Shown here: in pieces, positions 60,241 to 64,000 of the stretch
Numbering within the stretch: position 1 is the stretch's first letter
Layout: each line of letters begins with the position of its first letter
Origin: Octopus sinensis
Lineage: Eukaryota
Length of the DNA stretch: 64,000 bases
Assembly: GCF_006345805.1 (NCBI RefSeq)
Contig: NC_042997.1
Span: 84,444,001 to 84,508,000, forward strand
Direction of reading: 5' to 3'
The notes under the pieces: generated by a model
Database searches by the model: none
What the model saw: only the letters and a program-made list of their open reading frames with translations
What the model was told of the DNA's origin: nothing
Translations under genes and position numbers: made by a program

Positions 60241-61639
60241 AAGGAAGCGGTAAACCAGCAAAATATAACCCCAGAGTGTTGCTGCTGCTGCTTATATCAT
60301 TGTCATGTACTTTCTATGATAGCTATTTATACGTAATTTGACGCGGCGATACACATAACGTAGCTGTCCACGGCAAAAAGAAACCGTCATGCTGCCTGAC
60401 GTTTCTCTGGCATCTATCCAATGAAACTATTCGCAGATGTACTGTACGAGTAAAAACAGTATAATTGGAAATTAATTAAAATTATCTAGCTTACTACATT
60501 AAATATGTCAGCATAAATTGTTTTATTTTTTATTTTCATGTATTGGACGTACATACGTAATGCTTTCCCTTCTTGTATCATCAAGTCATAATTTAAAATT
60601 ATCACGCCACACACACACATATATATATATATAATATATATATATATATATTATATATATATATATATACGCTAATATCAAACAGTGAAAATTAGTGTTC
60701 AATATTGTATTCGTGGATGAATAATCATTATTTCTGGGTTAACAAGGCTGCCAATAATTTCATGCACAAAGGTGTCTTCACAATTGTTTAAGCATGCCAC
60801 AAGTGTTGTTACTCATCATCATCATATATATATATATATCATTAATTGGCGACAAAATCAGTATTGGATTGAAATACCGATCTGCATATACACTTAATTA
60901 TATACTGTTACAAGCCTTCTAAACTGCAGTACTGTCATAAATTTATTGTATCAAAAAAAAAAAGAAAGAAAATAAAAGAAAATAAAAAACCCTTTCATTG
61001 CGTATCCAAATATTTGTAATAACTGATCCACTGAATTCGATATATTACATTAGTACGCAGGTTCAAATCCATGTTTCTGTCGTCAGAGACATTTCTCTAA
61101 TAGTCGATTCTATAAAATTGTGTATTGGGCAGTTGTATACAAAACCTTTTCTTGAAGATGTCTTTGCGGATAGATAACAGTGATTTTATTGTTACTGAAA
61201 GGCAGTTTTTTTCAGGAAGCATAAGTAGGAAGAAGTTTTCTGAGATTGGTAACAGTTTTGGTTTTTTTTTTGATTTCCAGTATTTTCTCTCACTATGTGA
61301 TATGGATAGCTCGATCTCTGATGAACTACATCTGTATCAAATTGGGGTGAGCTTGCTTTCTTTCTCCGCAGTTATAGCACTCACAGAGAGGGTTGATCTC
61401 TTTGCAGTTTAAGGTGTGACAGTGCTGGTAAGACTACACTTCACTGAGAGCATCTCTTAAAACGGAACGTTGCTAGTCGTCACAAAGATCAAATTCACTC
61501 CTCATCGGGTTCTATTTCTTGTTTTCATTTTTATTAATTTAAATTTTCAGATTATCTCCCCTACATTTCTTCAGCAGAATTCATCATTAATCTAAGAGCC
61601 GTCTTTTCTCTCAGCAGATTGAATTAATTCTTTCAATTA

Positions 61640-61820
61640 CAGGCACTAGGCCCGAAAGTTTGGAAGAGGGGGCTAGTGGATTTCATCGACCCAAGTGCTG
61701 TGTCTCGATTGGATGAAAGGCAAGGTTGACCACGGTGACATTTAAACTTAGATCATAAAGCCTGAAGAAATGTCGCGAATCAATTTATCGGCGTGCTAAC
61801 GATTCTGCCCGCTCACCGCT
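61640..61820 (-). mobile_element. SINE family A (decayed)
   Basis: caggcactaggcccgaaag..tcgacccaagtg..ggatgaaaggcaaggttgacc..ggcgtgctaacgattctgcc. Confidence 0.75.
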
Positions 61821-61959
61821 TTTGCAGCTTGAATTAATTAATTATTCTTGTGTCACTACATTTAATTTATGTTTAACAATGTAAATATTGGTGGGTAAAC
61901 GAAATTATGCAATTGATTAGAGAATGATGATGCATTAAGGTAACCTTTTATATGAGAGC

Positions 61960-62105
61960 ACGCAGTCTAGTGATTAAGATGTTGGATTCTGGATAATAGA
62001 GTTGTGGGTTTGATTTCTGGATGAAACAGCGTATTCTGTCTTTGAGCGTGATACTTCATTTTATGTTGCTCCAATGTTTTCAGCTGAAAATGAGTACCAA
62101 CTGAA
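61960..62105 (+). mobile_element. Decayed tRNA-head SINE, family E
   Basis: gtctagtgattaagatgttggattc..gtgggtttgatttctgg..tgtctttgagcgtgatacttcatttt..ttcagctgaaaatgagtacc. Confidence 0.55.
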
Positions 62106-62269
62106 AGCTGGTGCAATCTTCTTTCTTTCCGGTTGAACGTTCTACAGATTGCGTTGGATGGTAAGATCGAAACGGTGTCAAAGTCCGCTCGCAATTACAT
62201 TGGCACTTACAACAATTAGCGAAAACATTGTACATACCTCAAAGGCATGTTCGTGCGCGAGTGACGGGG

Positions 62270-62292
62270 GCAGCAGCAGCAGTAGTAGCAGT

Positions 62293-62371
<79 letters not shown>

Positions 62372-62372
62372 T
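62270..62372. repeat. (AGC)n/(AGT)n microsatellite
   Basis: Direct reading. Confidence 0.95.
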
Positions 62373-63709
62373 CATGAATTGTGTTCGTAACAACTGCAAT
62401 ATGTCAGATTTGTATGTGGAGTCTCTCGCTTGATCTACTGGTGCAATAACGGATCTTATTGAAGAATAGTTTACTCACGCTGTTTGGTATGTTATTTGAG
62501 CATCTCTTCAGTTTACACATGTCTAACGATGAGGCTTTGTATGCATGTACGTATTTTACCGTTAAATGTATCTATGTATGTACTCATCTGTCTTTCTACA
62601 AAGTTAGACAGAAAGAGAGAGAGAGAAAGAAAGAGAAGAATAGTAAGATATATAAACATATTAACATATAACCTAATATCATCTAAAGTATATCGATGAA
62701 TTGATCTTCTAGTCGTTTTATTAAACACAGAACGGTGGTGCAGTGGGCTTCGAACTCATAACAAGGATCAAGCTAAACCGTATAATTAATTCAGTCAGAA
62801 ATACATTATTTGAAATAAATCTGTATGAGAAGAATATACATAAGTAATGTGGTACTTATTGCCTTGACAAGTGATGTAAGGATTTGAAAGCCGAAAATTT
62901 CCTCTTGAATCTAATCCACACCAGGAATTCCATTTAGAATTGATAGTTCTCCCATAAGTCTTATCACCTCACCACAAAAATCGCTCATGTGTAAAACTAT
63001 TAATCATTTATTCTGTTCTCCATTTAATTACATCTGACAAGGTCTATGCGATCACTTAATCTGCTAGAAATAGTAATGAAATCTTCAAATCGCACCCCTA
63101 CAAAGAGAGAAAGGCATTGGACAGTATAGTTACCGATATATGAAAATCTGAGTAAGTGATGGCTGGTATATATCTCATCATAAGTATGCTTGATCAGGGC
63201 TGACCTGGGTTTCAACAACAGCAGCAGCAACAGCGAGTAAACAGAAAAGCAATTTAATTATATACGAATTGCAGTATAAATGTATAAATATTCGTGTATG
63301 TGTGTGTGAATTCAACAGTGTATGTGTATGTGTCTGTGTGTGTGTGTTTGTATGTGTGTTTGTGTGTGTGTGTGTGTGTAAGTTTATCTTTGTGTGAACG
63401 AAGAAACTACGTGTCTGAGTGGGAATAAATTTATTAACATATATTTTAAAGCTATCGAAGATTGATTCGTTACTTTGGTTGTTCCCGGTTATTGCAGCAT
63501 TCTACTTTGGGTCTCATGGATATCTACCGAAATATAAAGACATTGTGTGTTACATAAGCTTCCCCCTCTTACACGGTATATAAATTTGTACCTGTGTATA
63601 GAGCATGTGTGTGTGTGTGTGCGTGTGTGTGTATGTGTAACGGCATGCGCACATGAACATCTATCGGTCTATTTCTCTATATGCATATATATATATATAT
63701 ATATATATA

Positions 63710-63978
63710 TGTTACATATGTAATATATCATACCTTGATACTGTGTGGACTAAGATCCCCGATGACAGGCCGCTGGTATTTATAGAGTGTTAAACACTTT
63801 TGTATGCAAATTAGAGACTCCTTCATAGAGTAACTGCTTCATAGAGTAACTGCTAAAATTTGCCGTTTATAAGTATATCATATGTTACATATAAATTATA
63901 TCATACCTTTGATACTGTGTGGACTAAGATCCACGTTGACAAGCCGCTGGTATGCAAATTAGGGACTCCTTCATACTG
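63710..63978. repeat. Imperfect tandem duplication, period about 173 bp
   Basis: tgttacatat..tatcatacctt(t)gatactgtgtggactaagatcc..gccgctggtat..gcaaattag(a/g)gactccttcata at 63710 and 63883. Confidence 0.85.
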
Positions 63979-64000
63979 CTGCATTTGTTGAGTATATAAA

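Noticed and set aside
61070-61105. CTGACGA-CA-GAAAC on the minus strand
   Set aside because: No stem II, no GUH triplet and no stem I; consistent with chance

Overview
AT-rich, microsatellite-saturated eukaryotic DNA, most likely intronic or intergenic. The SINE families and repeat load look like a coleoid cephalopod (Octopus-like); this is recognition from memory, not a database result. I cannot identify any host protein-coding gene, and nearly all listed ORFs are translations of simple repeats. The window holds one near-full-length CR1/L2-group LINE (32173-35765, minus; intact 666-aa RT, two lesions), R4/Dong-type and RTE LINE fragments, two mariner relics, a tandemly duplicated Tc1-like element, two hAT relics, several MITEs and more than 25 tRNA-derived SINE copies. 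The best find is a 467-bp non-coding unit with a partial direct terminal repeat (10495-11049), set between (TA)n tracts. On the minus strand it carries a type I hammerhead ribozyme with every catalytic-core nucleotide intact and a palindromic stem III, a Penelope-pLTR/retrozyme-like architecture. Decayed hammerhead-like motifs occur at about 13021, 35991 and 5680. Other highlights are a 30-bp 5' inversion that, when flipped back, rebuilds a perfect C2H2 finger in an RTE tail, retroelements repeatedly sitting inside specific microsatellites, perfect palindromes, and a 2.3-kb inverted duplication that postdates a SINE insertion.
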